NCBI GenBank assembly: GCA_902586925.1
Contig: CACIJE010000001.1
Coordinates: forward strand, 590,104-654,103
DNA: 64,000 nucleotides
Direction of reading: 5' to 3'
Source of the DNA: an uncultured SAR86 cluster bacterium
GTDB taxonomy: Bacteria > Pseudomonadota > Gammaproteobacteria > Magnimaribacterales > D2472
This document shows, one piece after another, positions 10,149 to 22,089 of this stretch. Each line of letters begins with the position of its first letter. Positions within the stretch are counted from its first letter, which is position 1. The position numbers were made by a program, and so were the translations under genes. The notes beneath the pieces were generated by a model. That model had not been told where the DNA came from. It did not search any database and saw only the letters and a program-made list of their open reading frames with translations.

Positions 10149-13100
10149 TTGAAAGACTTACTTAATTCTTTAAAAACTGGTCAGGATGATTTTACAACAA
10201 TTTCTGCTGGCCTCGCCTCACCTCAAGTTATAAAGTCATGGTCTTTTGGTGAAGTAAAGAAACCTGAAACAATAAACTATAGAACATTTAAACCAGAAAG
10301 AGATGGTTTATTTTGTGCAAAAATCTTTGGCCCAGTTAAAGATTATGAATGTATTTGTGGTAAGTATAAAAGAATGAAACATAGGGGCGTTGTCTGCGAA
10401 AAATGTGGTGTAGAAGTTACGCTAGCAAAAGTTCGAAGAGAAAGGATGGGGCACATAGATTTAGCCGCACCTGTTGCCCATATTTGGTTTTTAAAATCTC
10501 TTCCTTCAAGAATAGGCCTCTTGCTTAATGTGACACTTCGCGAAATAGAGAGAGTTTTATATTTCGAAAGTTATATTGTTACGGATCCAGGATTAACTGA
10601 ATTAGAGAAAGGCCAAATACTTACTGAAGAAGAATGGGTTGAAAAGTATGAAGAATTTGGAGATGAATTTTCTGCAGGCATGGGTGCTGAGGCTGTTCAA
10701 ATTTTACTTGAAGAACTCGATATTGAGGACGAAATAAGAATAATCAGAGAGGAAATACCTGAAACTAATTCAGAGACAAAACTAAAGAAATTGTCTAAAA
10801 GATTAAAATTATTAGAGGCATTTAATGACTCTGGTAATAAGCCTGAGTGGATGATTATGAATGTTCTTCCAGTATTGCCACCAGATTTAAGACCACTAGT
10901 ACCTCTTGAGGGTGGAAGATTTGCTACTTCAGACCTAAATGATCTATATAGAAGAGTTATTAACAGAAATAATAGATTAAAAAGGCTACTTGAATTAAAT
11001 GCTCCTGAAATAATTGTAAGAAATGAAAAAAGAATGCTACAAGAATCTGTTGACGCTCTTCTCGATAATGGAAGAAGAGGCAGAGTAATTACAGGTACCA
11101 ACAAAAGACCTTTGAAGTCTCTTGCAGATATGATTAAAGGGAAGGGTGGAAGATTCAGACAAAACTTATTAGGTAAAAGAGTAGATTATTCAGGTAGATC
11201 CGTGATTGTTGCCGGACCGAATCTAAAGTTACATCAATGTGGCTTACCTAAAAAAATGGCTCTTGAATTGTTTAAACCATTTGTCTACGGAAAACTTGAA
11301 AACAGAGAGTTGGCTACAACAATCAAGGGTGCAAAAAAACTTGTTGAGAGAGAGACTCCCGAGGTTTGGGAAGTTCTTGAGGAAGTGATTAGAGAACATC
11401 CAGTACTACTTAATAGGGCTCCTACACTTCATAGACTTGGACTTCAAGCATTTGAACCAAAGCTCATAGAGGGCAAAGCTATTCAACTTCATCCTTTGGT
11501 TTGTGTTGCATTTAACGCAGACTTTGATGGAGATCAAATGGCTGTTCATGTTCCATTAACTATTGAGGCACAACTTGAAGCAAGAGCTTTAATGATGTCA
11601 ACAAATAATATTCTTTCTCCAGCAGATGGATCTCCAATTATTAACCCAACTCAGGATGTAGTTTTGGGTCTATATTATATGACAAGAGATAATGCTAATG
11701 CCTCAGGTGAAGGAAGAGTATTTAGTAATCCTGACGAAGTTTTAAGAGCTTATGAAACAGAAACTTTAGAAATACATTCACCAATTAAGGTAAGAATCAC
11801 TCACGAAGATGGTGAGACAACTATTGAAGATACAACAGTTGGAAGAACTTTGATTTGGAGAATAACTCCTCATGAAGTTGGCTTTCACAATATTAATAAT
11901 GTATTAAATAAGAAATCAGTTTCAAAGTTAGTTGATACTTCATACAGAAAAGCTGGCTTAAAGAAAACAGTAATCTTTGCTGATCAACTTATGTACCTTG
12001 GCTTTGACTTTTCAACTCGATCAGGCTCATCAATTGGCGTAAATGACTTTGTTATTCCTGAGGAAAAGGCCAATATTATTGATTCCTCTGAAAAAGAAGT
12101 TAAAGCTATTGAAAAACAATTTGATTCTGGATTAGTTACAAGGGGAGAAAGATATAACAAAGTCATTGATATATGGTCTAGAGCAAATGAGCAGGTAGCA
12201 AAAGCGATGATGGAAAAAATTAGTTCTGAAACTGTAACAAAACCAAATGGAGAAGATATTGATCAGTCCTCATTTAATTCTGTATACATCTATGCAGACT
12301 CTGGAGCAAGAGGCTCACCTGCACAAATCAGACAACTTTCAGGTATGAGAGGACTAATGTCAAAGCCTGATGGCTCTATAATTGAAACACCAATTACAGC
12401 CAACTTTAGAGAAGGTTTATCAGTTCTTCAATATTTTATATCAACACATGGAGCTAGAAAGGGTTTGGCAGATACTGCTCTTAAAACAGCTAATTCAGGA
12501 TATCTTACTAGAAGGTTGTGTGATGTATCTATGGATTCAGTGATAAACATTGATGATTGTGGAACCACAGAGTCTATTACAGTGACTTCAATAATTGATG
12601 GTGGTGAAATTATTCAAGCGCTCACCGATAGAATATTAGGAAGAGTTATTGCAGAACCAATTTTCGATGCAAATGGAAAAGAACTTTTTGCCATAAACAC
12701 AATGTTAGATGAGGATGCTCTTAGTGTAATTAGCGAATTAAACCTCTCTAGCTTAAAGATAAGGTCTCCAATGACATGCGAAGCTCCCGTTGGAGTTTGT
12801 GCTAAATGTTATGGAAGAGATCTTGCCAGGGGGCATTTAGTTCACAGAGGTGAAGCTGTTGGGGTAGTTGCTGCTCAGTCAATTGGTGAGCCTGGAACTC
12901 AATTAACAATGAGAACATTTCATATTGGTGGTGCTGCATCAAGTTCATCTGAGGAAGATGCAATTTTTAATAAAAGCTCAGGCGTTGTGTCTTTCTCAGA
13001 CGATATTAAAACGGTTACGAACAAAGACAAACTTGAAGTAGTTGTGTCTAGGAATGCAATGTGTTCTATATCTGATGTGAATGGAAAAATTATTGAACAG

Positions 13101-14333
13101 TACAAAGTACCATATGGAGCAACATTAGAAGTAGCAAACTCAAAAGACTTAGATGAAGGAATTCGAATCGCTTCTTGGGATCCATACACCAGACCAATAA
13201 TCTCTGAAACATCTGGCAAAGTTAAATTTACCGATATAGAAGATGGTGTAACCGTTAGAGAGCAGCTTGATGAGCTGACAGGTTTATCAAGTGTTGAGAT
13301 TATTGAAGTTGCAGATAGAACATCTGCAGGCAGAGATATGACTCCAACAATTGAAATTGTTGACTCAAAGGGAAAGCCTGTTCTGATTGGAGAATTCAAA
13401 CAACCTGCCGTATATCCTTTGCCTGCAGGCGGACTAGTAAATCTTGTTAATGGTCAGAAAATTAGTGCTGGTGAGGTTATTGCTAGAATGCCATTAGTAG
13501 CCTCAAAAACAAAAGATATTACAGGTGGCCTTCCAAGGGTTGCTGATTTGTTTGAAGCAAGAACACCAAAAGATGCAGCTGTTCTCGCAGAAGAGGCTGG
13601 TGTCGTTTCTTTTGGTAAAGAAACAAAAGGAAAAGTTAGGCTTGTTATTACTCCGGAAGGTGCTTCTAAAAAAAGTCAAAATAAAGAAATGCTTATTCCT
13701 AAGCATAGAACTCTTAATGTGTTTGAAGGAGAAAGAGTAAATAAAGGTGATATTATTTCAGAAGGCCCATTAAGTCCCCACGATATTTTGAGACTTAAAG
13801 GCATACCAGATTTAACAAATTTTATTGTTAATGAAATACAAGATGTTTATAGACTTCAAGGCGTTTCTATTAACGATAAACATATAGAGACAATCTTACG
13901 ACAAATGCTGAGAAAAGCTCTAATTATAGATGGTGGTGACACTAAATTTATTCAAGGTGATCAAGTTAGCTATGCTGAGCTTAAAGAAGAGAATACAAAA
14001 GCTATAGCTGATGGTAAAAATCCGGCTGTATTTGAAAGAGTCTTGCTCGGTATAACTAAAGCTTCACTAGCTACAGATTCATTTATATCAGCTGCTTCTT
14101 TCCAAGAGACAACAAGAGTTTTAACAGAAGCTGCTGTAACAGGCAAAAAAGATCATTTAAAAGGTTTAAAAGAAAATGTTGTTGTTGGAAGACTAATTCC
14201 TGCTGGAACCGGTATGGAATTTCATGACAAACTTAGAAACAAGAAACAGGGTGAATTTGACGAAAGCATGCTATCAGATGAAGATATCGAAGCTGCTTTA
14301 AGACAAGAGCTTCAAGAAAATGATGAAGAATAA
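10149..14333 (+). CDS. rpoC: DNA-directed RNA polymerase subunit beta'
   Basis: 1394 aa. Starts at TTG 10149 ((M)KDLL, same N-terminus as E. coli RpoC). NADFDGDQM catalytic motif. Length is consistent with the gammaproteobacterial trigger-loop insertion. Confidence 0.99.
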   Translation: MKDLLNSLKTGQDDFTTISAGLASPQVIKSWSFGEVKKPETINYRTFKPERDGLFCAKIFGPVKDYECICGKYKRMKHRGVVCEKCGVEVTLAKVRRERMGHIDLAAPVAHIWFLKSLPSRIGLLLNVTLREIERVLYFESYIVTDPGLTELEKGQILTEEEWVEKYEEFGDEFSAGMGAEAVQILLEELDIEDEIRIIREEIPETNSETKLKKLSKRLKLLEAFNDSGNKPEWMIMNVLPVLPPDLRPLVPLEGGRFATSDLNDLYRRVINRNNRLKRLLELNAPEIIVRNEKRMLQESVDALLDNGRRGRVITGTNKRPLKSLADMIKGKGGRFRQNLLGKRVDYSGRSVIVAGPNLKLHQCGLPKKMALELFKPFVYGKLENRELATTIKGAKKLVERETPEVWEVLEEVIREHPVLLNRAPTLHRLGLQAFEPKLIEGKAIQLHPLVCVAFNADFDGDQMAVHVPLTIEAQLEARALMMSTNNILSPADGSPIINPTQDVVLGLYYMTRDNANASGEGRVFSNPDEVLRAYETETLEIHSPIKVRITHEDGETTIEDTTVGRTLIWRITPHEVGFHNINNVLNKKSVSKLVDTSYRKAGLKKTVIFADQLMYLGFDFSTRSGSSIGVNDFVIPEEKANIIDSSEKEVKAIEKQFDSGLVTRGERYNKVIDIWSRANEQVAKAMMEKISSETVTKPNGEDIDQSSFNSVYIYADSGARGSPAQIRQLSGMRGLMSKPDGSIIETPITANFREGLSVLQYFISTHGARKGLADTALKTANSGYLTRRLCDVSMDSVINIDDCGTTESITVTSIIDGGEIIQALTDRILGRVIAEPIFDANGKELFAINTMLDEDALSVISELNLSSLKIRSPMTCEAPVGVCAKCYGRDLARGHLVHRGEAVGVVAAQSIGEPGTQLTMRTFHIGGAASSSSEEDAIFNKSSGVVSFSDDIKTVTNKDKLEVVVSRNAMCSISDVNGKIIEQYKVPYGATLEVANSKDLDEGIRIASWDPYTRPIISETSGKVKFTDIEDGVTVREQLDELTGLSSVEIIEVADRTSAGRDMTPTIEIVDSKGKPVLIGEFKQPAVYPLPAGGLVNLVNGQKISAGEVIARMPLVASKTKDITGGLPRVADLFEARTPKDAAVLAEEAGVVSFGKETKGKVRLVITPEGASKKSQNKEMLIPKHRTLNVFEGERVNKGDIISEGPLSPHDILRLKGIPDLTNFIVNEIQDVYRLQGVSINDKHIETILRQMLRKALIIDGGDTKFIQGDQVSYAELKEENTKAIADGKNPAVFERVLLGITKASLATDSFISAASFQETTRVLTEAAVTGKKDHLKGLKENVVVGRLIPAGTGMEFHDKLRNKKQGEFDESMLSDEDIEAALRQELQENDEE

Positions 14334-14335
14334 TG

Positions 14336-14371
14336 TTGACCATTAATACTATGCTCTATAAAATCGCCGCC
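14336..14371 (+). promoter_or_regulatory. sigma70-type promoter for rpsL-rpsG-fusA with GC-rich discriminator
   Basis: TTGACC (14336-14341), 17 nt spacer, TAAAAT (14359-14364), then CGCCGCC (14365-14371). It starts 3 nt after the rpoC stop. Confidence 0.5.
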
Positions 14372-14386
14372 TATATAGAGAATTAA

Positions 14387-14758
14387 ATGGCTACAGTTAA
14401 TCAATTAATTAAAAAATCTAGAAAACCTAAGGTAAAGAAAACTGATGTGCCTGCATTAAACGCTTGTCCACAAAGAAGAGGTGTTTGCACAAGAGTTTAT
14501 ACAACTACACCAAAAAAACCTAACTCTGCATTAAGAAAGGTATGCAGAGTTCGTCTAACTAGCGGTTATGAAGTCACATCGTATATTGGAGGCGAAGGTC
14601 ATAATCTTCAAGAACATTCTTTAGTTTTAATTAGAGGCGGAAGAGTTAAAGATTTGCCTGGAGTAAGATACCACACCATAAGAGGCACACTAGATACATC
14701 TGGTGTTGCAAGCAGAAAACAGAGACGCTCAAAATATGGAGCAAAAAAAGGTAAATAG
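14387..14758 (+). CDS. rpsL: 30S ribosomal protein S12
   Basis: 123 aa. [10 protein letters not shown]...[10 protein letters not shown] is typical of S12. Confidence 0.98.
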   Translation: MATVNQLIKKSRKPKVKKTDVPALNACPQRRGVCTRVYTTTPKKPNSALRKVCRVRLTSGYEVTSYIGGEGHNLQEHSLVLIRGGRVKDLPGVRYHTIRGTLDTSGVASRKQRRSKYGAKKGK

Positions 14759-14760
14759 GT

Positions 14761-15231
14761 ATGCCAAGAAGACGAAGTCCAGAAAAGAGAAAAGTTCTTC
14801 CAGATCCTAAGTATAAGGATGTTGTACTTGCAAAATTTATGAACAACTTAATGAAGGATGGAAAAAAATCTATTGCAGAAAAAATTGTTTATGGTGCATT
14901 TGATCAAATAAATAAAAGTTCTAAGGATGACCCACTAGATGTATTTATGAAGGCTCTTGAAGAAGTAAGTCCTGTTGTTGAAGTAAAGTCTAGAAGAGTG
15001 GGTGGTGCAAATTATCAGGTCCCTGTTGAAATAAGACCATCAAGAAGACAGGCTTTAGCAATGAGATGGATTGTTGAAGCTGCTAGGAGTAGATCAGAAA
15101 AATCAATGGATTTAAGGCTAGCTGGAGAACTTCAAGATGCTTCTCAAAAAAAAGGTTCAGCTTATAGAAAAAGGGAAGATGTTCACAAAATGGCTGAAGC
15201 AAACAAAGCTTTCTCACATTTCAGATTTTAA
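14761..15231 (+). CDS. rpsG: 30S ribosomal protein S7
   Basis: 156 aa. MPRRR...PDPKY N-terminus. Only 2 nt after rpsL. Confidence 0.98.
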   Translation: MPRRRSPEKRKVLPDPKYKDVVLAKFMNNLMKDGKKSIAEKIVYGAFDQINKSSKDDPLDVFMKALEEVSPVVEVKSRRVGGANYQVPVEIRPSRRQALAMRWIVEAARSRSEKSMDLRLAGELQDASQKKGSAYRKREDVHKMAEANKAFSHFRF

Positions 15232-15243
15232 TCAAAAAAGATT

Positions 15244-17349
15244 ATGGCTAGAGATACTATTTTAAATAAATATAGAAATGTAGGTATATGTGCACACGTG
15301 GATGCTGGTAAAACAACTACTACTGAGAGAGTATTATTTTATACTGGTTTGTCTCATAAGATTGGTGAAGTTCATGATGGTGCAGCAGTCATGGATTGGA
15401 TGGAACAAGAACAAGAAAGAGGCATCACGATAACTTCCGCAGCAACAACTTGTTTTTGGAGTGGCATGGAGCAGCAATTTCCTCAACATAGAATCAATAT
15501 AATTGATACTCCAGGTCACGTTGACTTTACAATTGAGGTTGAAAGATCACTAAGAGTTTTAGATGGAGCTGTTGTTGTATTTTGTGGTACGTCAGGTGTT
15601 GAACCACAATCAGAAACCGTTTGGAGACAGGCTAACAGATATGAAGTACCAAGAATTGTTTTTGTTAATAAGATGGATCGAGCAGGCGCAAACTTTGAAA
15701 AAGTTGTTGATCAAATCAAAGATAGACTTCAAGCAAATATAGTTCCAATACAATATAACATTGGTTCTGAAGAGGATTTCAAAGGAGTAGTTGATCTTAT
15801 AAACATGAGAGCTATTTATTGGAACGAAGAAGATCAGGGCTTAACTTTCGACTCAAAGGAAATTCCTGAAGAATTGTTTGATAAATGTTCTAAACTTAGA
15901 GAAGAGATGCTTGAAGCAGCTGCCGAGGCTAATGAAGAACTAATGGATGCCTACCTGGAATCTGGTGATTTAACTCCAGAGCAAATTAAAGAGGGTCTTA
16001 GGATTAGATCTCTTGCGAATGAGGTGATTCTCGCCTTATGTGGCTCTGCTTTTAAAAATAAAGGTGTTCAAGCTGTTCTAGACGCAGTTATTGATTTTTT
16101 ACCTGCGCCAGATGAAGTTAAAGCAATCGATGGTGTTATTCCTAACAATTCAGATGAAGAGGATGAAGAACCAGATACAAGATTATCTTCTGATGAAGAA
16201 CCGTTTTCTGCATTAGCATTTAAGATTGCGACTGATCCTTTTGTAGGAACCTTAACATTCATTAGGGTTTATTCTGGAGTTCTTAGTGTTGGTGATGGTG
16301 TAATGAATACTACCAAGTCAAAAAAGGAAAGAGTAGGAAGAATGGTACAAATGCATTCAAATAATAGGGAAGAAATCAAAGAAGTTAGAGCGGGTGATAT
16401 AGCAGCATGTATTGGATTAAAGGATATTACAACAGGAGATACTTTATCTGATGTAAATAAGCCTATTGTTCTTGAAAGAATGGACTTCCCTGAACCAGTT
16501 ATATCGGTGGCTGTTGAACCAAAATCAAAACAAGATCAGGAGAAAATGTCTTTAGCATTAGGAAAGCTTGCCCAAGAAGATCCATCTTTTAGAGTTGCAA
16601 GTGATGAAGAATCTGGCCAAACAATAATCTCTGGTATGGGCGAACTTCACTTAGATGTTCTTGTTGATAGAATGAAAAGAGAGTTTTCAGTTGAAGCCAA
16701 CATAGGCAAACCTCAAGTTGCGTATAGAGAAACCATAAAAGAAACAATAGAGATAGAGGGTAAATTTGTAAGGCAAAGTGGTGGAAAAGGACAGTATGGT
16801 CATGTTTGGCTCAAATTAGAGCCATTAGGTCTTGATGATGAATATGAATTTGTAGATAAAATCGTTGGCGGTGTAATTCCAAAAGAATATATACCGGCTG
16901 TAAACAAAGGTATTCAAGAACAAATGCAAAATGGTGTAATTGCCGGATATCCTCTATTAGCATTGAGGGCAACATTGTATGATGGCTCATTCCATGATGT
17001 AGACTCTAATGAGATGGCATTTAAGATTGCAGGTTCTATGGCACTTAAAGAAGGAGCAAATAAAGCTAAACCTGCTTTATTAGAACCAATAATGAAGGTT
17101 GTTGTTGTTACACCAGAAGATCATATGGGTGACGTTGTTGGTGATTTAAATAGAAGAAGGGGGATAATTTTGGGGATGGAAGACATTACTTCAGGTAAAG
17201 AAGTTTCCTCTGAAGTGCCGCTTGCCGAAATGTTTGGATACGCAACTGATCTGAGATCTCAAACTCAGGGAAGAGCAACTTTTACGATGGAATTCACTAA
17301 ATATGGTGAGGTTCCAAATAATATAGCAGAACAGCTAAAAACCTCTTAA
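15244..17349 (+). CDS. fusA: translation elongation factor G
   Basis: 701 aa. [12 protein letters not shown] and DTPGHVDF GTPase motifs. Follows rpsG as in str operons. Confidence 0.99.
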   Translation: MARDTILNKYRNVGICAHVDAGKTTTTERVLFYTGLSHKIGEVHDGAAVMDWMEQEQERGITITSAATTCFWSGMEQQFPQHRINIIDTPGHVDFTIEVERSLRVLDGAVVVFCGTSGVEPQSETVWRQANRYEVPRIVFVNKMDRAGANFEKVVDQIKDRLQANIVPIQYNIGSEEDFKGVVDLINMRAIYWNEEDQGLTFDSKEIPEELFDKCSKLREEMLEAAAEANEELMDAYLESGDLTPEQIKEGLRIRSLANEVILALCGSAFKNKGVQAVLDAVIDFLPAPDEVKAIDGVIPNNSDEEDEEPDTRLSSDEEPFSALAFKIATDPFVGTLTFIRVYSGVLSVGDGVMNTTKSKKERVGRMVQMHSNNREEIKEVRAGDIAACIGLKDITTGDTLSDVNKPIVLERMDFPEPVISVAVEPKSKQDQEKMSLALGKLAQEDPSFRVASDEESGQTIISGMGELHLDVLVDRMKREFSVEANIGKPQVAYRETIKETIEIEGKFVRQSGGKGQYGHVWLKLEPLGLDDEYEFVDKIVGGVIPKEYIPAVNKGIQEQMQNGVIAGYPLLALRATLYDGSFHDVDSNEMAFKIAGSMALKEGANKAKPALLEPIMKVVVVTPEDHMGDVVGDLNRRRGIILGMEDITSGKEVSSEVPLAEMFGYATDLRSQTQGRATFTMEFTKYGEVPNNIAEQLKTS

Positions 17350-17379
17350 TATTTACAGAAAATAAAACCCTCAATAAAG

Positions 17380-17416
17380 TTGACAGTACCACTCTAAGGG
17401 GCTTAGAATACGCCAC
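17380..17416 (+). promoter_or_regulatory. sigma70-type promoter for the S10 operon with GC-rich discriminator
   Basis: TTGACA (17380-17385), 18 nt spacer, TAGAAT (17404-17409), then ACGCCAC. AATACGCCAC (17407-17416) is identical to 1445-1454. Confidence 0.5.
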
Positions 17417-17472
17417 ATTTTGCATTTTGCTGAATGTAAAAATTTTTTTAAAATAGGTTAGAAACAGGGTAA

Positions 17473-17787
17473 ATGGAGAATCAATCAATAAGAATAAGGT
17501 TAAAAGCTTTTGATTATAGATTAATTGATGCTTCAGCTAAGTTAATAGTTGAAACTGTAAAAAAAACTGGAGCAGTTATTAATGGGCCAATACCTTTACC
17601 AGTTAAAAAAGAGAGAACAACAGTATTGATTTCACCGCATAAAGACAAAGATGCAAGGGATCAATACGAGATTGTTACTTACAAAAGATTGATGGATATT
17701 GTTAAACCAACTGATAAGACAGTTGATGCTTTAATGAAATTAGATCTCTCCTCTGGAGTAGATGTTCAAATAAGCTTGGGACAATAA
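17473..17787 (+). CDS. rpsJ: 30S ribosomal protein S10
   Basis: 104 aa. [19 protein letters not shown] is close to E. coli S10. Confidence 0.98.
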   Translation: MENQSIRIRLKAFDYRLIDASAKLIVETVKKTGAVINGPIPLPVKKERTTVLISPHKDKDARDQYEIVTYKRLMDIVKPTDKTVDALMKLDLSSGVDVQISLGQ

Positions 17788-17842
17788 ATTTTAACGCGAA
17801 TGCGGCCATAGAGGGTTTGTAGCCCCGTAAAAGGAGATAAAA

Positions 17843-18469
17843 TTGAGCATAGGCTTAATAGGAAAAAAATCAGGCATGTCTCGTCTTTTTCTCGAAGATG
17901 GAGAATCTGTGCCTGTTACAGCAGTTTCAGTGTGTGGCAATTTTGTTGCTGGCATTAAGACAAAAGATAAAAACGGATATAACGCCTTATTAATCTCAAA
18001 AACTGAAAAATCTAATAATATAAACAAATCCAAATCTGAATTTTTCAAAAAGATAAATTTAAATCCAGGATCACTATCAGAGTTTAAATCAGATGAAATA
18101 GAAAGCTATGAAATTGGAAAACACTTAACAGCTGAAGTGTTTGAGGTTGGACAGTACGTTGATGTAACTGGTACTTCAAAGGGCAAGGGTTATGCAGGAG
18201 TTATAAAAAGACACAATTTTTCAATGCAAGATGCAACTCATGGAAACTCTCTTGCTCACAGAGCACATGGATCGATTGGTCAGTGTCAAACTCCTGGCAG
18301 AGTTTGGAAAGGTAAAAAAATGTCAGGACATATGGGCAACGTTAAGAAGACAATACAAAGCTTAAAGATCGTAGATATGGATGTTGAAAATAATGTTATC
18401 TATATAAAGGGAGCTGTTCCTGGTTTCAACGGCTCTGAATTAAAAATAAAACCATCAAATAAAAAATAA
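17843..18469 (+). CDS. rplC: 50S ribosomal protein L3
   Basis: 208 aa. TTG start with AAGGAG 7-12 nt upstream. GTSKGKGYAG and QDATHGNS motifs. Confidence 0.97.
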   Translation: MSIGLIGKKSGMSRLFLEDGESVPVTAVSVCGNFVAGIKTKDKNGYNALLISKTEKSNNINKSKSEFFKKINLNPGSLSEFKSDEIESYEIGKHLTAEVFEVGQYVDVTGTSKGKGYAGVIKRHNFSMQDATHGNSLAHRAHGSIGQCQTPGRVWKGKKMSGHMGNVKKTIQSLKIVDMDVENNVIYIKGAVPGFNGSELKIKPSNKK

Positions 18470-19083
18470 TGAAGATAGAACTTTTATCAAATACAAAAAA
18501 CAAAGATATTTCTATATCTAATGAAGTATTCAGCAAAGAATTTAATGAATCTTTAATTCATCAAGCTGTTGTTAGTTTTATGGCATCTTCACGACAAGGA
18601 AGCGCTAAACAAAAAAATAGATCTGAAGTAAGAGGCGGTGGCAAAAAACCATTTAGACAAAAAGGAACTGGCAGAGCCAGAGCAGGGACCATAAGGAGCC
18701 CCCTTTGGAGAGGTGGAGGTGTTACTTTTGCTTCAAGACCAAGAGACTTCAGTAAGAAGATAAACAAAAAAATGTATCGTGCTGCTATTAAGTCAATTTT
18801 TTCAGAATTAGTAAGACAAAATAGATTAGTTGCCATTGAAAAACCAACACTTAAAAAGCCTAAAACAAAAGAATTTGCAAGCTTTTTAAATGAATTCTCT
18901 CTAAGTAGAGTTCTAATTATCACTGAAGAGCCTGATGTAAATCTTTATCTTTCAGCAAGAAATATACCGAACGTTGATGTTATTACTTTTAGAGAAATTA
19001 ATCCAATAAATCTTTTAAAACCTCAAAAGGTAGCTGTTACAAGCGAAGCTTTAAAACAAATAGAGGAGTGGATTAATGGATAA
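18469..19083 (+). CDS. rplD: 50S ribosomal protein L4
   Basis: 204 aa. RGGGKKPFRQKGTGRAR motif. TAATG overlap with rplC. Confidence 0.97.
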   Translation: MKIELLSNTKNKDISISNEVFSKEFNESLIHQAVVSFMASSRQGSAKQKNRSEVRGGGKKPFRQKGTGRARAGTIRSPLWRGGGVTFASRPRDFSKKINKKMYRAAIKSIFSELVRQNRLVAIEKPTLKKPKTKEFASFLNEFSLSRVLIITEEPDVNLYLSARNIPNVDVITFREINPINLLKPQKVAVTSEALKQIEEWING

Positions 19084-19372
19084 AGAAAAATTATATACAT
19101 TAATAAAATCTCCAATTATTACTGAACAAACAGCCCAGTTAAGCGAAAAGTATAAGCAAGTTGTTTTCAAAGTTGATCTTTCAGCAAATAAAAAAGAAAT
19201 TAAAAATGCAGTTGAAACATTATTTAAAGTTGATGTAATCAAAGTAAGTACATCAGTTGTAAAAGGCAAGAGGAAAAGAAACAGATTTGGTATATATAAA
19301 AAATCAGATTATAAAAAAGCTTTTGTATCTATTAGTGAAGATTCAGAGATTCAATTTGAGGGGATAAACTAA
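19076..19372 (+). CDS. rplW: 50S ribosomal protein L23
   Basis: 98 aa. Conserved position between L4 and L2. Confidence 0.95.
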   Translation: MDKEKLYTLIKSPIITEQTAQLSEKYKQVVFKVDLSANKKEIKNAVETLFKVDVIKVSTSVVKGKRKRNRFGIYKKSDYKKAFVSISEDSEIQFEGIN

Positions 19373-20196
19373 TGGCAATTGTTAAATCAAAACCAACCAG
19401 CCCTGGAAGAAGAGGTCTTGTATCAGTTAAATCTGTTTTACATAAGGGTAAACCACATAAGTCATTAATTGAGCCAAAAGCTAAAAATGGTGGAAGAAAT
19501 AATAATGGACGAATTACCGTTAGACACCAAGGCGGCGGCCATAAGCAACATTACAGGGTTGTTGATTTTAAAAGAAATAAATTTGATATTCCTGCAATCG
19601 TTGAAAGAATTGAATATGATCCCAATAGGTCAGCACATATCGCTTTATTGAAATATCTTGATGGAGAAAGAAGATACATAATTGCTCCATCAAAATTAAA
19701 AATAGGTGATGAGCTAATTTCTTCTGATAATTGTGAAATCAAAGTAGGTAATTCAATGAAATTAAAAGATATACCTCTTGGAACCAATGTTCACTGTATC
19801 GAACTAAAGCCAAAGAAAGGGGCTCAAATTGCAAGGAGTGCTGGAGCGTCCGCTAGATTAGTTGCTAAAGAAGGCATATATGCAACCTTAAGGTTACAGT
19901 CAGGAGAGACACGAAAAATTTTGTGGGAATGTAGAGCTACCTTAGGAACAGTTTCAAATCAAGAAAATAATTTAAAATCTTTAGGAAAAGCAGGTGCTAA
20001 AAGGTGGAGAGGAGTAAGACCTACAGTTAGAGGTGTTGCTATGAATCCTGTTGATCATCCGCATGGTGGTGGTGAAGGAAGAACTTCAGGAGGACGACAT
20101 CCTTCGACGCCTTGGGGAGTTCCAACAAAAGGTTACAAGACAAGAAAAAATCAAAGGACAGATGATTTAATTATAAGAAGAAGAGGTAAAAAATAA
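19372..20196 (+). CDS. rplB: 50S ribosomal protein L2
   Basis: 274 aa. [14 protein letters not shown] motif. Confidence 0.98.
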   Translation: MAIVKSKPTSPGRRGLVSVKSVLHKGKPHKSLIEPKAKNGGRNNNGRITVRHQGGGHKQHYRVVDFKRNKFDIPAIVERIEYDPNRSAHIALLKYLDGERRYIIAPSKLKIGDELISSDNCEIKVGNSMKLKDIPLGTNVHCIELKPKKGAQIARSAGASARLVAKEGIYATLRLQSGETRKILWECRATLGTVSNQENNLKSLGKAGAKRWRGVRPTVRGVAMNPVDHPHGGGEGRTSGGRHPSTPWGVPTKGYKTRKNQRTDDLIIRRRGKK

Positions 20197-20197
20197 T

Positions 20198-20467
20198 ATG
20201 CCAAGATCTCTAAAAAAAGGACCATTTGTAGATTTATCCCTTACAAAAAAAGTAGATAAAGCAAATACAAATAATGATAAAAAACCAATTAAAACATGGT
20301 CAAGGAGATCAATGATTATTCCAACGATGGTTGGACTAACAATATCAGTTCACAATGGAAGACAACATGTACCAGTATTTATTAATGAAGATATGGTTGG
20401 GCACAAGCTCGGAGAGTTTGCGATGACAAGAACATTTAAAATGCATTCTGGAGATAGGAAAGCATAA
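20198..20467 (+). CDS. rpsS: 30S ribosomal protein S19
   Basis: 89 aa. [13 protein letters not shown]-terminus. Confidence 0.98.
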   Translation: MPRSLKKGPFVDLSLTKKVDKANTNNDKKPIKTWSRRSMIIPTMVGLTISVHNGRQHVPVFINEDMVGHKLGEFAMTRTFKMHSGDRKA

Positions 20468-20469
20468 TT

Positions 20470-20808
20470 ATGGAGACAAGAGCTTACTTAAAAGGAACAA
20501 GGCTATCTCCTCAAAAGGCAGCATTAGTTGCAGATCAGATTAGAGGCAAAAGTGTTGAAAAGGCTTTAGATTTCCTTATTTTCAATAAACAAAAAGGTTC
20601 TGCGGTAATTAAAAAATTGTTAGATTCAGCTATTGCTAATGCAGAAAATAACAATAATTCTGATATTGACAAATTATCAGTCAAATCTGTAATTGTTAAT
20701 CAAGGCATGAGATTAAAAAGAATGAGAGCAAGAGCTAGAGGTAGGGCTGACAGAATAATAAAACCTACTTGTCATATAGAAATAATATTGGCAGAGGAGA
20801 ATAATTAA
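20470..20808 (+). CDS. rplV: 50S ribosomal protein L22
   Basis: 112 aa. Conserved position and L22-like sequence. Confidence 0.96.
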   Translation: METRAYLKGTRLSPQKAALVADQIRGKSVEKALDFLIFNKQKGSAVIKKLLDSAIANAENNNNSDIDKLSVKSVIVNQGMRLKRMRARARGRADRIIKPTCHIEIILAEENN

Positions 20809-21467
20809 TGGGACAAAAAGTTAATCCAAATGGTTTTAGACTAGGTATTTCAAAAAAACAAAATGCTAATTGGTTTGCTAAGGGAAAAGACTTTTCTAAA
20901 AATCTAATACAAGATCTAAAGGTTAGGGATCATCTTAATAAGAAGCTAAAGAATTCTTCTATAAGTAAAATTGAATTAGAAAGAACGGCAGATACATTTG
21001 TAGTAAATATCCATACAGCAAGACCAGGAATTATTATTGGAAAAAGAGGTGAAGAAATAGAAAATCTTAAAAAAGCTGTTGAGAAAATTGTAAAAGGACC
21101 GTCACAAATCAACATTAAAGAAATAAAAAAACCAGATTTAGATGCACAAATTCTTGCTGAAGGAGTTGCTCAACAGCTTGAAAAAAGAGTCATGTTTAGA
21201 AGAGCAATGAAGCGGACCGTTCAAAGCGCATTAAGGCAAAGTGCCAAAGGGGTCCGAATTGAGGTATCAGGCAGACTTAATGGTGCTGAAATCGCAAGAA
21301 CAGAATGGTATAGAGAGGGCCGCGTACCATTACATACATTAAGAGCTGACATAGATTATGGAACTTCTGAGGCTCTTACTACTTATGGAATTATTGGTGT
21401 AAAAGTTTGGGTGTATAGAGGTGAAATAAATGAAGATCCTTATAAAAAGGTTCAAGGAGCCGGTTAA
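20808..21467 (+). CDS. rpsC: 30S ribosomal protein S3
   Basis: 219 aa. [14 protein letters not shown]-terminus and KH domain. Confidence 0.98.
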   Translation: MGQKVNPNGFRLGISKKQNANWFAKGKDFSKNLIQDLKVRDHLNKKLKNSSISKIELERTADTFVVNIHTARPGIIIGKRGEEIENLKKAVEKIVKGPSQINIKEIKKPDLDAQILAEGVAQQLEKRVMFRRAMKRTVQSALRQSAKGVRIEVSGRLNGAEIARTEWYREGRVPLHTLRADIDYGTSEALTTYGIIGVKVWVYRGEINEDPYKKVQGAG

Positions 21468-21472
21468 GTAAA

Positions 21473-21883
21473 ATGTTACAACCTAAACAAACAAAATTTA
21501 GAAAAATGCATAAAGGCAGAAACCGCGGTCTTGCACAAAATGGTAATACAATTGCGTTTGGAAGATTTGGATTAGTAGCATCTGGTAGAGGAAGAATTAC
21601 TGCTAGACAAATTGAGTCTGCCAGAAGAGCAATGACTAGGTATATTAAAAGAGGTGGGAATATATGGATTCGAATTTTTCCTGACAAACCTATTACAAAA
21701 AAGCCATTGGAAGTAAGAATGGGAAAAGGTAAGGGTAACGTTGAGTATTGGGTTGCACTTGTTCAACCAGGAAAGGTTATGTTTGAAATGGCTGGTGTCG
21801 AAGAAGAACTTGCAAGAGAGGCATTCAGACTTGCTTCAGCAAAGCTTCCAATAAAAACACATTTTATTAAGAAAGATTTATAA
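21473..21883 (+). CDS. rplP: 50S ribosomal protein L16
   Basis: 136 aa. [20 protein letters not shown]-terminus. Confidence 0.98.
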   Translation: MLQPKQTKFRKMHKGRNRGLAQNGNTIAFGRFGLVASGRGRITARQIESARRAMTRYIKRGGNIWIRIFPDKPITKKPLEVRMGKGKGNVEYWVALVQPGKVMFEMAGVEEELAREAFRLASAKLPIKTHFIKKDL

Positions 21884-22087
21884 ATGAAGAAAGAGTTAAT
21901 AGATTTAAGAAAGAAAAATATTGAACAGTTAAATGCTGAGCTTTTATCTGCAAGAGAAACTCAATTTGGATTGAGGATTAAACACAAAACTGGTCAATTA
22001 AACGAAGTCAGTGATTTAAAGAAGTTAAGAAGAAAAATAGCACTAATCAAAACTTTAATTAGTGAAACTAAATTAAGGGATGAATAA
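21884..22087 (+). CDS. rpmC: 50S ribosomal protein L29
   Basis: 67 aa. Conserved position between L16 and S17. Confidence 0.93.
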   Translation: MKKELIDLRKKNIEQLNAELLSARETQFGLRIKHKTGQLNEVSDLKKLRRKIALIKTLISETKLRDE

Positions 22088-22089
22088 AA

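Noticed and set aside
12920-13399. Long antisense ORFs inside core genes. Examples: 12920-13399, 10697-11104, 8930-9340, 6761-7051 (all within rpoB/rpoC), 18561-18923 (rplD), 22361-22690 (rplN), 48567-48965 (tsf/pyrH), 53798-54160 (rseP/bamA), 57953-58366 (fabZ).
   Set aside because: They lie entirely opposite strongly conserved genes. Their products are low-complexity and Ser/Leu/Ile-rich, with no recognisable motifs. They are the expected shadow frames of codon-biased genes, and I have no independent evidence of expression.
17415-17428. Tandem ATTTTGC ATTTTGC in the short S10 leader, followed by an A5T7 run, as a possible L4 attenuator remnant.
   Set aside because: It is very short with no stable stem-loop, and the A/T runs are typical of this genome. 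I could not build a terminator-like structure.
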